64,000 nucleotides of DNA from the NCBI RefSeq assembly GCF_058153355.1, contig NZ_CM177019.1; one strand, given 5' to 3'. The first letter of the stretch is position 1. The number at the start of each line of letters is the position of its first letter. The notes below the pieces were generated by a model. That model did not search any database. It was not told where the DNA came from and saw nothing but the letters and a program-made list of their open reading frames with translations. The position numbers were made by a program, and so were the translations under genes. This document shows positions 44,995-54,021 of the stretch, piece by piece.

Positions 44995-46385
44995 GCTATA
45001 CCTCTCTTTTTCATGGCATCGAGCAGGATGTCCTGCACTGTTCGTTTTGAGTTGCGCCGCTCCATCACCATTTCGTCCATAGTGTCGGCCGCAATAATGT
45101 GGTGAATAAATACCGGACGATTGTGTCCGGCCTGTATCTGCCTGGTGGGGCCGATACGTTCAATAATTTGCTGATACTGCTCCAGGTCCCACCAGTGTGA
45201 GAAAAATACTAGTATGTTTCCGCCGTCCTGCATGTTCAGACCGTGGCCCGCGCTGGCTGGGTGTGCAAAGAGAACAGGAATCTTTCCGGAATTCCAGTCG
45301 CGCAGTGTCTGTGGATCTTGGTCGAGGTGACGACCGCGAGGGAATGCTTTAAGCAAGCGTTCAAGATCGTGTTTCCAGTGATAAGCAACCAGCACAGGTG
45401 CGCCAGCTGCTTCGGTCAGTATGCTGTCCAGCGCCTGCAGTTTGGTGTCATGCAGTTCTGACCAACTTCCGGTGTCGTCTGTGTATACTGCGCCACTGGC
45501 GATTTGCAGACACTTCAGTGTCTTTGCCGCGGCGTTTGGTGCTTCGATGCCTTCGCCATTCAGCTCGAGGAACATTTCCTTTTCCATTTCACGATACTGC
45601 TGACGGGCCTTCGGCGGCATATCCACGCGGATTACGTTATGGATGGGGTCTTTGATATCGAACCAGTCGGCCGCATCCAGCGAGAGGGTCACATCGGCTA
45701 ATGCTCGCTGTATTTCAGCCTGTGAGTGAGCAAACGGCTCCAGTTTGGTCCAGCTCTGCCCTGGAAACTGTATCGAGTTGAACCAGCGTGAGGTAAACGC
45801 GCCGTAAGTGCGTCCGAGACGTTGCCCCTGGTCCACAAACCACGCTTGTCCCCACAAATCTACCAGGCCGTTCGGTGCTGGCGTCCCGGTGAGATTTATC
45901 CAGCGCCGGACATACTTATGCGCCACTTTGCCCAGCGCCGCCGCGCGCTTACCACCACCTCGCAGCCGGAAGGATTTTAGCCGGGTGCTTTCATCCGGAA
46001 TGACAGTACCGAACGGCCATCGTTCTCCCAATTCTTCAACCAGCCAGACAAGGTTATCGTAGTTGATGGTGAACACGCTTGCGTTGCTGTTCGCCAGCGC
46101 CGTAGAGCGCGCTTTGGCATTACCAACAATCGGCTGCACCTCGATATTGCGTAAATGCCCCCACTTCACTGCTTCATCCGGCCAGGTGTTTGCTGCAACA
46201 CGTAGCGGTGCGAGGACCAGTGCGGGGCGTGTTTCTGCCCCTGCCATAAAGAGATCTTCCAGCGCAGTGAGCGTTGCCACGGTTTTACCCATCCCCATAC
46301 CTGCCCAGATGTTGCCGCGCATGATGTCGATTTGGTGATTGATGATCAGGTCTTGATACGGGCGGGGGGTGAAAATTTGTCCCAT
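44991..46385 (-). CDS. SNF2/DEAD-like phage helicase
   Basis: 464-aa ORF with Walker A GMGMGKT and DEST motif II. Confidence 0.8.
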   Translation of the reverse strand: MGQIFTPRPYQDLIINHQIDIMRGNIWAGMGMGKTVATLTALEDLFMAGAETRPALVLAPLRVAANTWPDEAVKWGHLRNIEVQPIVGNAKARSTALANSNASVFTINYDNLVWLVEELGERWPFGTVIPDESTRLKSFRLRGGGKRAAALGKVAHKYVRRWINLTGTPAPNGLVDLWGQAWFVDQGQRLGRTYGAFTSRWFNSIQFPGQSWTKLEPFAHSQAEIQRALADVTLSLDAADWFDIKDPIHNVIRVDMPPKARQQYREMEKEMFLELNGEGIEAPNAAAKTLKCLQIASGAVYTDDTGSWSELHDTKLQALDSILTEAAGAPVLVAYHWKHDLERLLKAFPRGRHLDQDPQTLRDWNSGKIPVLFAHPASAGHGLNMQDGGNILVFFSHWWDLEQYQQIIERIGPTRQIQAGHNRPVFIHHIIAADTMDEMVMERRNSKRTVQDILLDAMKKRGIA

Positions 46386-46428
46386 AGTGTTTTAGCCAGT
46401 AGGGCGCGGGTAATCCCGCGCAATAATG

Positions 46429-47235
46429 TCAGATTAGATCGGTGTAGTAGGTGAAGTTGCCAAACTGCGGATGTGTCCAGCGCTTGCGGTTACCTTTCGG
46501 CGGTGTCGATTCGTTTAACAGCTTTTGAGCTGCTTGTTCGATCGCTGGGAGCTTAACGAGCAATCCCCGAACACCGGTGTCTGAACGTACCGGTATCTTG
46601 GCGAAGCCGATCAATTTCCGGCATGTTGAATCAGATAAACCTGTTTTCCATGCTGCTTTGCTGACGGGGACATATTCACCGTTACTGTGTGGTTGTGACT
46701 CTCTGACTTGTTGTTTTAAGTCTTCTACCCAGTTGGTTTCATGTCCCGGAGTTGAAAGCGTTACGTTTTGAACTTGCCGGGGAGCCATCACTTCGACAAT
46801 TGCTTTCATCGTGGCGGATGCCGTAGCTTCTGCAACGACACGGGCAAACTGAACGGTGTTGTCGTTTACCTGAATTGCAGGAGCTGGCACCGGTAATGAT
46901 GCCGGACGAGGTTGCTCTAATTCAATCTTCATCGCCTGCCACTGTTCGATGAGTGCCAGCCGGCGTTTTGCGTCGTAACCGGTGACGAGAGTCATGGAAA
47001 GATTTTCATCAAGCCAAATCTCGTCGATGACATCACGTCCCTTGTATTCTTTGCGCTTGATAATAAATCCTTTAAAATCATCATCATCCAAATCTGGACT
47101 ATAGATTTGTAACTGTTCAAGCATAGCCAGAATATCCCGTACAACATGCTTATGCTGTTTTCCAGTGACTTCTGCAATTTTCCGGCTGCCCATCATTGGT
47201 TGCTTGGTATCGTTTATCAGTGTTAAAGTATTCAT
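46429..47235 (-). CDS. Rha-family phage regulatory protein / antirepressor-like
   Basis: ORF 46429..47277 trimmed to MNTLTLINDT start with GGAGAA SD; SRKIAEVTGKQHKHVVRDI matches Rha N-terminal motif. Confidence 0.7.
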   Translation of the reverse strand: MNTLTLINDTKQPMMGSRKIAEVTGKQHKHVVRDILAMLEQLQIYSPDLDDDDFKGFIIKRKEYKGRDVIDEIWLDENLSMTLVTGYDAKRRLALIEQWQAMKIELEQPRPASLPVPAPAIQVNDNTVQFARVVAEATASATMKAIVEVMAPRQVQNVTLSTPGHETNWVEDLKQQVRESQPHSNGEYVPVSKAAWKTGLSDSTCRKLIGFAKIPVRSDTGVRGLLVKLPAIEQAAQKLLNESTPPKGNRKRWTHPQFGNFTYYTDLI

Positions 47236-47294
47236 GCTGTATTCTCCATTCAGTAAAAGATGCGCTGGTAGCTGCAACTATCAGCGCGTTTTGT

Positions 47295-47471
47295 TTATTC
47301 ATCCCACGGCTTGTTTGCAGCTTCCCTTGCGGCCTGCTGCGCAAAATAAATCAATTCAAAAGCTAACTGCTCTCCTTTTTCCAGCGAACTGAGAAGTCTT
47401 GCTGTTTCCAGCATGTCCGCGATATACCCGAAAATATCTGCCTGATGTAACTGCGTGATCTGAATAGCCAT
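47295..47471 (-). CDS. Hypothetical small protein (58 aa)
   Basis: Unlisted ORF MAIQITQLHQADIFGYIADMLETARLL... directly upstream of Rha gene, divergent from RHH gene. Confidence 0.35.
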   Translation of the reverse strand: MAIQITQLHQADIFGYIADMLETARLLSSLEKGEQLAFELIYFAQQAAREAANKPWDE

Positions 47472-47489
47472 AGCTTTAGCCTTGTTTTG

Positions 47490-47569
47490 TACTCATTGTG
47501 AGGACTTTATTTATTAGTACTCACAATGAGGCTTGAAGTCAACATGTTTGTGAGGCATGTTGTCCTCAC
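47490..47569. promoter_or_regulatory. Operator-like palindromes in divergent promoter region
   Basis: TACTCATTGTGAGGA (47490-47504) and its inverse TACTCACAATGAGGC (47518-47532), plus GTGAGG-N8-CCTCAC (47550-47569). Confidence 0.6.
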
Positions 47570-47587
47570 ACTTTCAAGGGATCATAT

Positions 47588-47917
47588 ATGAGCAAAAGAG
47601 ACGACCCGCAGTTGAGGGTACGCATACCAGAATTGCTAAAAGAGGCTTTGGAGAAGAAAGCACGGGCTAATAAGAGAACACTGACCTCTGAGATCGTTAG
47701 CCGGTTGGAATCTACTATTCTTCAGGACAAATTACTTCATACATCTAGGGGGTTTGAGGAAGCTGCTGATGAGATTCTCATACTCAGGGATCTTCTCGAG
47801 AAACTTAAAACAACGTACCATCGAGAGTATCAGGCCGAATGGGTTTATGAAAACAAATACGAGCTTATTGAAGCGATGGAAAAACTTAAGAAGTTGCTAA
47901 ATCCTGAGAATGAATAG
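47588..47917 (+). CDS. Arc/MetJ-type ribbon-helix-helix DNA-binding protein
   Basis: 109-aa ORF; N-terminal SKRDDPQLRVRIPELLKEALEKKARANKRTLTSEIVSRL is Arc-like RHH. Confidence 0.7.
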   Translation: MSKRDDPQLRVRIPELLKEALEKKARANKRTLTSEIVSRLESTILQDKLLHTSRGFEEAADEILILRDLLEKLKTTYHREYQAEWVYENKYELIEAMEKLKKLLNPENE

Positions 47918-48062
47918 TGGATTCATCCTCTAAACTTTTACGTAACCGCCGGGTGATTTCGGCGGTTAGTGTTCTGTCGTTTTCTCTGGAAATTTTTTCC
48001 AGTGCGTCTTTCAAGTCTTGCGGGATGCGTACCCGCAATTGTGGGTCATCACGTTTACTCAC
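47886..48062 (-). CDS. Second Arc-like RHH protein (paralog, GTG start)
   Basis: Unlisted 58-codon ORF VSKRDDPQLRVRIPQDLKDALEKISRENDRTLTAEITRRL; GGAGG SD; GTG overlaps VRR-NUC stop; 3' end antisense to 47588..47917. Confidence 0.5.
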   Translation of the reverse strand: MSKRDDPQLRVRIPQDLKDALEKISRENDRTLTAEITRRLRKSLEDESTIHSQDLATS

Positions 48063-48355
48063 AATATCCCCTCCAGATTTTTGCTATCTAATACCACCAC
48101 GCTAAAGCCCAGCTCGCGCAGCCGCTCGTGCTCGCGCAACTGGTCGGCGCGTGGTGCTTTGCCGGGTGCTTTGCATTCAACGAAAACAAGACGGCCGCCG
48201 GGTAGCAGAACAATGCGATCCGGTACCGAGCGGCGACCGGGAGATACGAACTTAAAGGCCACACCGCCAGCCTTTTTCACTTCAGCGACGAGGTGCTTTT
48301 CGATAAGGCTTTCACGTTCATAGGCCATCTGAATCCCACTCTTCAAAAAGCACAT
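48059..48355 (-). CDS. VRR-NUC domain nuclease
   Basis: 98-aa ORF with VAFKFVSPGRRSVPDRIVLLPGGRLVFVECKAPGK core typical of VRR-NUC. Confidence 0.75.
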   Translation of the reverse strand: MCFLKSGIQMAYERESLIEKHLVAEVKKAGGVAFKFVSPGRRSVPDRIVLLPGGRLVFVECKAPGKAPRADQLREHERLRELGFSVVVLDSKNLEGIL

Positions 48356-48617
48356 TCAATTCCAGTTTCTCTGCCAACGCGTTTTCTGCACGTGCGCCAG
48401 CAGAGTACTCCCACTCTTTGAGCATATAAATCGTATCGGCACAGCGAAGCATTGCGAGGCAGATGTCCATATACTGAGCCTGTGTCAAACCATTGGGTAA
48501 AGTTGCGGGGTTAAGCACAACATATCCCTTGTCCGTTAGCCTCTTTGCTGCGGAATGAAAAGCCGGGCGGTTAAATTGCTCGTAACCGCTCATCGGCCCG
48601 GCAACGTAAACGATCAT
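48318..48617 (-). CDS. DUF4406 / nucleoside 2-deoxyribosyltransferase-like protein
   Basis: 99-aa ORF MIVYVAGPMSGYEQFNRPAF..., resembling the deoxyribosyltransferase-like fold family. Confidence 0.55.
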   Translation of the reverse strand: MIVYVAGPMSGYEQFNRPAFHSAAKRLTDKGYVVLNPATLPNGLTQAQYMDICLAMLRCADTIYMLKEWEYSAGARAENALAEKLELNVLFEEWDSDGL

Positions 48618-48829
48618 TCTTCGACCGCCTTACGCTTTTCACGCATATTCTGCATCAGGCAAAAATCAGATCTGCGTTCACTCCATTCCTGATTCAGTTC
48701 GTGATGTGATTCGCGGTTGGCTTTTGCCCAGACCTTCGCTGCCCGGTCATATTCGCCGGATTGTTCAAGTCGCAAAGCCTCCCTTGCAGCCCTGTAATAA
48801 AGTGGATTGTCCCGGTATTTAAATGACAT
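48614..48829 (-). CDS. Hypothetical phage protein
   Basis: 71-aa ORF in operon between polymerase and DUF4406 gene; no recognisable motif. Confidence 0.4.
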   Translation of the reverse strand: MSFKYRDNPLYYRAAREALRLEQSGEYDRAAKVWAKANRESHHELNQEWSERRSDFCLMQNMREKRKAVEE

Positions 48830-48834
48830 AGGAG

Positions 48835-51762
48835 TTAATCCTTACGGTAGTGGTACGCCTCAAAACCGCCAGCGTTCAGTGGGATATCGGGCGCCCATTC
48901 GGGGTTAGTGGAGAGAAGCGCGGAAAGCGCTTTATCGTTGAAATCTTCTGTGTCAGGTGCTTCGGTGATCACCTCGTCGTGTACCGTCAGCACAATGCTG
49001 TAACCGGCATCTTCGATAAGCGGCATGTTTCCGGCCAGAACGTCGCGGGCGGCCGCCTGGGTGACGTTCTCTACCAGCTTTCCGCCGTAGGTTTTGAGTC
49101 GTTGCCATTTACGCGAATAAGAGTTAACACCCATGTAGGTGATATTCCCTTTTTCGATAACCGGAGACGGGTAGCATACAGCGCGTCCGGATGGTAGCTG
49201 TATGCGCAGCCACGCGCCATCGCGGCGGATTTTAAGATAACCGCAATACAATGTTTTTTGCGGTGTGGCGATTGCAGTGCGGATGGTGCGCTCCAGTTCG
49301 TACCAGAAATCGCAGGTCGCCGGGTGCGCCCTGCGCCAGAGACGTTTAAGTGAGTCGCAGGCGATAAATACCCGTTCAGAAAGGCCGTAGGTTGACTTAC
49401 GTTTAACCGATTCGTAGTACCAGCTTTTCGCCTCGCGGATAACATCGCGGGGAATGTTTGGCAGTGCGGCGTTCGCCAGCTCGTCGAGATCGAGACTGTA
49501 AACCAGTGCAAAAGTGATGAAGGCCGACACACCACCACCGTACCCGCAGTTGTGAACGATTAAATGTCCTGAGTCGGTTTTAATCGTGAATCTGTTTCGA
49601 GGCCCCGCATGTGCAATGTCGTAAACATCGCTCCAGCTCGTCGATACGTTTTTGCAGGTCTGCGATTTTTCTTCTGTTGCGGTTATTGTCTGCTTTGGAG
49701 ACGAACTGGATATTACCCGGTTCGTAGCCTTTGTTATTGTCGATGCGATCCATTTCCAACTTTGGGTCATTAAACCCTTTGATTTCCCTGACGTGTAGCA
49801 AAAAAGCTCTTTTATCTTCCTGCCATAGCTGACAAACGTAGATCCCCCGACCGCCGTAGTTGTGAAACAACCTGTTGGTGGGTTTATGGCAACGGCTGAT
49901 TGCGGCAGACAATCGGTTAAGTAGCCTGCGACGGGTTTCGTCATCTGCAATAGCATCCGCATAGCATAAGAATTTTTTACGATACTCGTTATGCTTTTTC
50001 TTTGCGCAAATGTTACATCGGGTACTTTTTCCTTTAAGGAGATTGCTGATTGTTGCGGTGTGAGGCATTGCACCACATTTGCATTTGACAAGTATCCTTC
50101 GGTCTTTTCCGGGTACTTTTTCCAGTTCTTTGATAACGGTAAGTTCTCCGAAGCAAGTTCCAGGCTTTGGTGAAGCGTATTTTTGTTTAAAGCGATAAGG
50201 TTTGCCAGCTTCCATCCAGTAGGGGTTAGCACCTGGTGATCCGGGGTCATTTTTGCTCCGTCCAGTGATATTAAGGCTTTGTACCCCCTGTAAATCAGTC
50301 CTTCGTGTTTTACCCATTCTTCTCCGTCCCATAACAAATCCGCGCCCGAAATACTAACAAGCGGCTTATAGCCTTTATCGGTGAGCACTAAAGTATCCGG
50401 AGCTATGCAAGCCAATTCCAGCACTTTACCTATCTGGCGCTGGTCTTTGGTGACGCGCTCAACTTCAATTCCGTAAGCTTTTGCATACGCCAGTTTATAT
50501 AAGTCCGGACCCGTTCCGGCGTCGTACTCTCTGAATGCATTCAGTTTCCATTCTTCTCCCGCCAGCCATGCCAGCATACGGCCTTCAATGTTCGACAAGT
50601 CACTTACCACCAGTTTTTTACCTGTTGGCGCGATAATGCAGCCACGTAACGCTGAACTGGTTAGTTCCATGATATTGTCAAACAGCAGGTCTGCACATCC
50701 GGCTTTCAGTGCTTCGATGCCTTCGTCTATTTGTTCCTGTTTTAGTGAAGGGCGGGGAAGATTCTGGGGCTGGAATAGCCGTCCGGCCCAGCGCCCGGTA
50801 CGTGACGCCCCGCAGAACTGTAGCGTACCGCGTAAGCGCCCGTCGTGGCTTACGCCTTTCATCAGTGCCTTGTATTTACTGGTGCTGGTAGTACTGGCTT
50901 GCTGGCGGATAGCCAGCAGTTCTTTCACGGCAGATGGTAAATCGGGGTCGGCTATACGACGTTCCAGGGTACTGCGTTGCATGTCTGGTAGCTCCACACC
51001 GTAGGATTCAACGATGTGCTTAATCAACGCGTCCCGTTGTGTGGCTGCCTGCACTTCGCCATCAGTCATTTCCTGTGTACGCTTTGCCAGGCGTTTTTGC
51101 TCCTGGTCTACCGCTTCGATCGCAGCGCGCGCGAGTTGAATGTCCATGCAGACGCCCCGGTCGTTGATCTGCTGATCACGATGCCAGAGCGCCAGTTCTG
51201 TCCCCTGATAATTCCACTTCGGCAGACGTTTATAGACTTCGCGCATTGCCTCGATATCCAGCCCGGCGTAAGCAACAAAGCGCCGCCATTCTTCCGGGTG
51301 GGTTTTACTGGTGGCCCGACGCAGTTTGCTGTTTTTCGGGCGTGGCTTACAGAACAGCTGGATCAGCGCTTTACCTTCTTTGTCCTTCGCTTTGTCTTGC
51401 GGGACGCCGAGTATTTCGCAGAGTTCCCCCAGAGACCCCGGGAGGCCGTGCGCCAGCGCCTGCACCATTGTGTCGCGCCAACGTTCGACTGGCGGTGCCA
51501 GTCGCGGCATTGCATAACGCAGGACGGTGCGGTCGAAGTGAGAGTTATGAAAATAAAGCAGGGTCTCAGGGGCTGCGATTGCTTCGTATAAGCCGTGTGG
51601 AATACCACCACCGGCAGTGATATCCCACACGTTTACGGGCCCGTCGTTGATAGCCCATGCGAACAGCATCACTTCAACGCCTTCGGCATACGCATGGGTA
51701 CCGTTCGTAATAGGGATTTCGCAATAGGTTTCCAGGTCGCCCCATAGAATGTTTTCAGACAA
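48835..51762 (-). CDS. Family-A DNA polymerase with 3'-5' exonuclease domain, interrupted by an in-frame intein
   Basis: 975-aa ORF; motif B reads [10 protein letters not shown][intein][10 protein letters not shown]; motif C VHDEV; N-terminal exonuclease domain. Confidence 0.85.
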   Translation of the reverse strand: MSENILWGDLETYCEIPITNGTHAYAEGVEVMLFAWAINDGPVNVWDITAGGGIPHGLYEAIAAPETLLYFHNSHFDRTVLRYAMPRLAPPVERWRDTMVQALAHGLPGSLGELCEILGVPQDKAKDKEGKALIQLFCKPRPKNSKLRRATSKTHPEEWRRFVAYAGLDIEAMREVYKRLPKWNYQGTELALWHRDQQINDRGVCMDIQLARAAIEAVDQEQKRLAKRTQEMTDGEVQAATQRDALIKHIVESYGVELPDMQRSTLERRIADPDLPSAVKELLAIRQQASTTSTSKYKALMKGVSHDGRLRGTLQFCGASRTGRWAGRLFQPQNLPRPSLKQEQIDEGIEALKAGCADLLFDNIMELTSSALRGCIIAPTGKKLVVSDLSNIEGRMLAWLAGEEWKLNAFREYDAGTGPDLYKLAYAKAYGIEVERVTKDQRQIGKVLELACIAPDTLVLTDKGYKPLVSISGADLLWDGEEWVKHEGLIYRGYKALISLDGAKMTPDHQVLTPTGWKLANLIALNKNTLHQSLELASENLPLSKNWKKYPEKTEGYLSNANVVQCLTPQQSAISLKEKVPDVTFAQRKSITSIVKNSYAMRMLLQMTKPVAGYLTDCLPQSAVAINPPTGCFTTTAVGGSTFVSYGRKIKELFCYTSGKSKGLMTQSWKWIASTITKATNRVISSSSPKQTITATEEKSQTCKNVSTSWSDVYDIAHAGPRNRFTIKTDSGHLIVHNCGYGGGVSAFITFALVYSLDLDELANAALPNIPRDVIREAKSWYYESVKRKSTYGLSERVFIACDSLKRLWRRAHPATCDFWYELERTIRTAIATPQKTLYCGYLKIRRDGAWLRIQLPSGRAVCYPSPVIEKGNITYMGVNSYSRKWQRLKTYGGKLVENVTQAAARDVLAGNMPLIEDAGYSIVLTVHDEVITEAPDTEDFNDKALSALLSTNPEWAPDIPLNAGGFEAYHYRKD
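49549..50409 (-). other. Intein (287 codons) within polymerase motif B
   Basis: Starts [10 protein letters not shown], block [10 protein letters not shown], ends HLIVHN followed by Cys; central ~185 residues lack any endonuclease motif in frame. Confidence 0.75.
49580..50332 (-). CDS. HNH/His-Me finger-like endonuclease ORF in alternative frame inside the intein
   Basis: 250-codon ORF offset from polymerase frame; CKCG...CNIC zinc-finger pair and [27 protein letters not shown] resembling HNH motif. Confidence 0.45.
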   Translation of the reverse strand: MGRRRMGKTRRTDLQGVQSLNITGRSKNDPGSPGANPYWMEAGKPYRFKQKYASPKPGTCFGELTVIKELEKVPGKDRRILVKCKCGAMPHTATISNLLKGKSTRCNICAKKKHNEYRKKFLCYADAIADDETRRRLLNRLSAAISRCHKPTNRLFHNYGGRGIYVCQLWQEDKRAFLLHVREIKGFNDPKLEMDRIDNNKGYEPGNIQFVSKADNNRNRRKIADLQKRIDELERCLRHCTCGASKQIHD

Positions 51763-51828
51763 GACAGGGTCCTCCGTGGACTAAACGGTGACAAAAAGCC
51801 CCTGGCTGAGCAGGGGCGGATTGAATGA

Positions 51829-52620
51829 TTAACGAGGTAAAGTGGGTGGAATATATCTGCCGATGCGGTCTTCTATGGTCGGCAGAGCACACATGCTGTC
51901 GCTGAAGCAATCATGCAACTGGTAAACCAGTTTCGAATCCATTTTTTCGAGGGCAGGCATTAACTGCGAGCGCCAGATTTCATTGATGCGCCGGAAGTTA
52001 TGACAGATGGCGCGGAGATTGTTGATGAACATTTCCTTCTCTGCGTCATTGATTGCTGTCTGCACTTTCTGAATACGCTTTGTGCTGCCGTTCCGGTAAA
52101 AGTCCTTCTGCGCAGCGACAGCCTCATCCACGGTCGGATAGCACCCTAAGTAAACGCTTTTCTCTCCGTCCCATGCATAAGCCCTGTACGGATTGTATTT
52201 GCTCCGGTGATGATAAACCATTTTCGGCAGACACTCCCTGTGCGGCGCCAGTATCGTGGAAGACTGCGGAACAGCGGTTTCTTTCTCGATAAGGTCAAGC
52301 ACCCAGCGACGAAATTCTTTTGCTACAGGAGTACTGGCAAGCATGGCGACTAGATGCGCGCCACGAAGGGAGAAAATGCGCGCTTTTGTACGAAGATTGC
52401 TGTAACCTTTTGATATTCCCGAGCACCTCAAATTGAGGTTCTCGGCGATTACAACCATCTCTGAAGAAAACTCGTCAGCGTTGCGGTTATAAATCTGGGT
52501 TATTTTATCTCCGCGTGAATATTCCAGCGCAGTAGCTAAAGTCGCAGCTGTGAACCACAACTTACCATTGTGTTCGACTGTTTCGAGAACGTGGGATTTG
52601 AAAGTGAGTTGAGAGCTCAT
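51829..52620 (-). CDS. Bro-N domain protein with C-terminal AP2-like domain
   Basis: ORF trimmed to MSSQLTFKSHVLE start; KLWFTAATLATALEY is Bro-N; YAWDGEKSVYLGCYPTVDEAVAAQKDF is AP2-like. Confidence 0.65.
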   Translation of the reverse strand: MSSQLTFKSHVLETVEHNGKLWFTAATLATALEYSRGDKITQIYNRNADEFSSEMVVIAENLNLRCSGISKGYSNLRTKARIFSLRGAHLVAMLASTPVAKEFRRWVLDLIEKETAVPQSSTILAPHRECLPKMVYHHRSKYNPYRAYAWDGEKSVYLGCYPTVDEAVAAQKDFYRNGSTKRIQKVQTAINDAEKEMFINNLRAICHNFRRINEIWRSQLMPALEKMDSKLVYQLHDCFSDSMCALPTIEDRIGRYIPPTLPR

Positions 52621-52946
52621 AGTTTTATGTCCTGGTAGATATTTTGAATTTACCCTTTTTGAGAGGGTGGCCGGGCGCTCAAAACCGCTACCAGTCGGCG
52701 GGCGTATTTCCCTTCGGAAGGGTATTGTATTAGCCGCACGCCCGACCATTGAATTCTCAATATCGTGGACATAAAAAATCCGCATGACTGACGGGCGCGG
52801 TTTCCGCTGGTAATAAAGGTGTTTTGAGCACCATGAAGCGGAATATACCCATTGGTTATCGCGGATGTCAATGTATGCTTTTGCAAAAGGTTGTCATCCC
52901 CTTTGCAAAAACACCCGGCGTGCAACCGGGCGTCTGTGAAGGCGGG

Positions 52947-53495
52947 TTAAATCAGTGCTTCAGCATCAGCACCTTCGCTGATATCGTCGAAATCGTCAGC
53001 GCTTGCCACTCCGCCGCCAGCGAATGCATCGCCGTCTCGCAGGAACTGGACTCCGCCGAGTGAGGCATTAATGCGTTTACCGAAATTATTGTCCTGTGCC
53101 CAGATATCGATAACGGCGTTTACATAGCACCCTGCATAGGGACGTCCGTCAGCCTGAATAAGTGGCGAACGATCGCGATCAAGAACAGCTGGGCGCGCTT
53201 TGTTAGCAGCATTCAGGAAGAAATTACCGGGGAAGCCTTCATACTCTGCTTTTTCATCACCATCATGCAGGCACAGATTGAGTTTTTTCTCCAGCTGGTT
53301 ATAAATGGGCTCCCACTTCTCTCCCCATTTTTCCTTCGCTACCTGCTTCATAGCTTTACGGATTTCTTCCAGTTGTGGGTGTTTGGGTGACATTAAAAAT
53401 ACTGCGGAGAAACGTGGATCGCCTTCGCCGTTTACAGTTTTAGCTTCAAACAGAGCAGGAAAAGCTAATCTCACGTTATTTAATTTAATCTTCAT
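52947..53495 (-). CDS. DUF2815-like putative ssDNA-binding protein
   Basis: 182-aa ORF MKIKLNNVRLAFPALFEAK... with acidic C-terminal tail, adjacent to DUF2800 and polymerase. Confidence 0.6.
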   Translation of the reverse strand: MKIKLNNVRLAFPALFEAKTVNGEGDPRFSAVFLMSPKHPQLEEIRKAMKQVAKEKWGEKWEPIYNQLEKKLNLCLHDGDEKAEYEGFPGNFFLNAANKARPAVLDRDRSPLIQADGRPYAGCYVNAVIDIWAQDNNFGKRINASLGGVQFLRDGDAFAGGGVASADDFDDISEGADAEALI

Positions 53496-54007
53496 TTCAA
53501 AACTCCTATAAATTCTATGGATTCTTTTTCCGCTGCTTTACGCGCAATTACAGCTTCCGCTACGGAATTAAATAGACCTAAATGTTTTTCTTTGCCGTGC
53601 AGCTTTATATAAGCTCTCCACTTATTACGGTGACGGCAAACCCCAACGGCACCGCTTTTATTATCAGAGCGTAAGGATTGGTTAATGTTATTTTCGGTAG
53701 AGGTTACAAGTCGTAGATTAGAAAGGGTGTAATTGCTCCGATTTTTGTCTATGTGATCTACCTCTAATCCCGAGGGGATACTACCGTTATGCATAACCCA
53801 GACGATGCGATGTAACAACATTTTCCGACCGTTTACACTTACGTGATAATACCCGTCCGGCCTTATATGTCCCGCTTGCTTATCTGCATATTTAGCATTC
53901 CAGGACAAATAGTCTCGCCGGGTTTTAAAATGGGTGAGCGGACGATATTTCCATATTAAAACGCCATTGTGATACCGGAAGCATTCATTTAAATATTCTT
54001 GATCCAA
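53492..54007 (-). CDS. HNH-AP2 free-standing homing endonuclease
   Basis: 171-aa ORF with LEVDHIDKNRSNYTLSNLRLVTSTEN HNH motif followed by AP2-type domain. Confidence 0.8.
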   Translation of the reverse strand: MDQEYLNECFRYHNGVLIWKYRPLTHFKTRRDYLSWNAKYADKQAGHIRPDGYYHVSVNGRKMLLHRIVWVMHNGSIPSGLEVDHIDKNRSNYTLSNLRLVTSTENNINQSLRSDNKSGAVGVCRHRNKWRAYIKLHGKEKHLGLFNSVAEAVIARKAAEKESIEFIGVLK

Positions 54008-54021
54008 ATAACCTCCTTAAA

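Noticed and set aside
44991-48617. SNF2-like helicase + VRR-NUC + DUF4406 as a candidate anti-phage defence system
   Set aside because: These genes sit in one operon with a family-A polymerase, an SSB-like protein and a DUF2800-like nuclease, the typical composition of a phage replication module.
49071-49538. 155-aa minus-strand ORF overlapping the polymerase C-terminal region as a second overprinted gene
   Set aside because: Unlike the intein-internal ORF it shows no recognisable motif and overlaps conserved polymerase motif C sequence; treated as a chance open frame.
49549-50409. In-frame central part of the intein as the homing endonuclease domain
   Set aside because: In-frame translation is low-complexity S/T/K-rich with no LAGLIDADG, HNH or GIY-YIG motif; the recognisable nuclease motifs are in the alternative frame.
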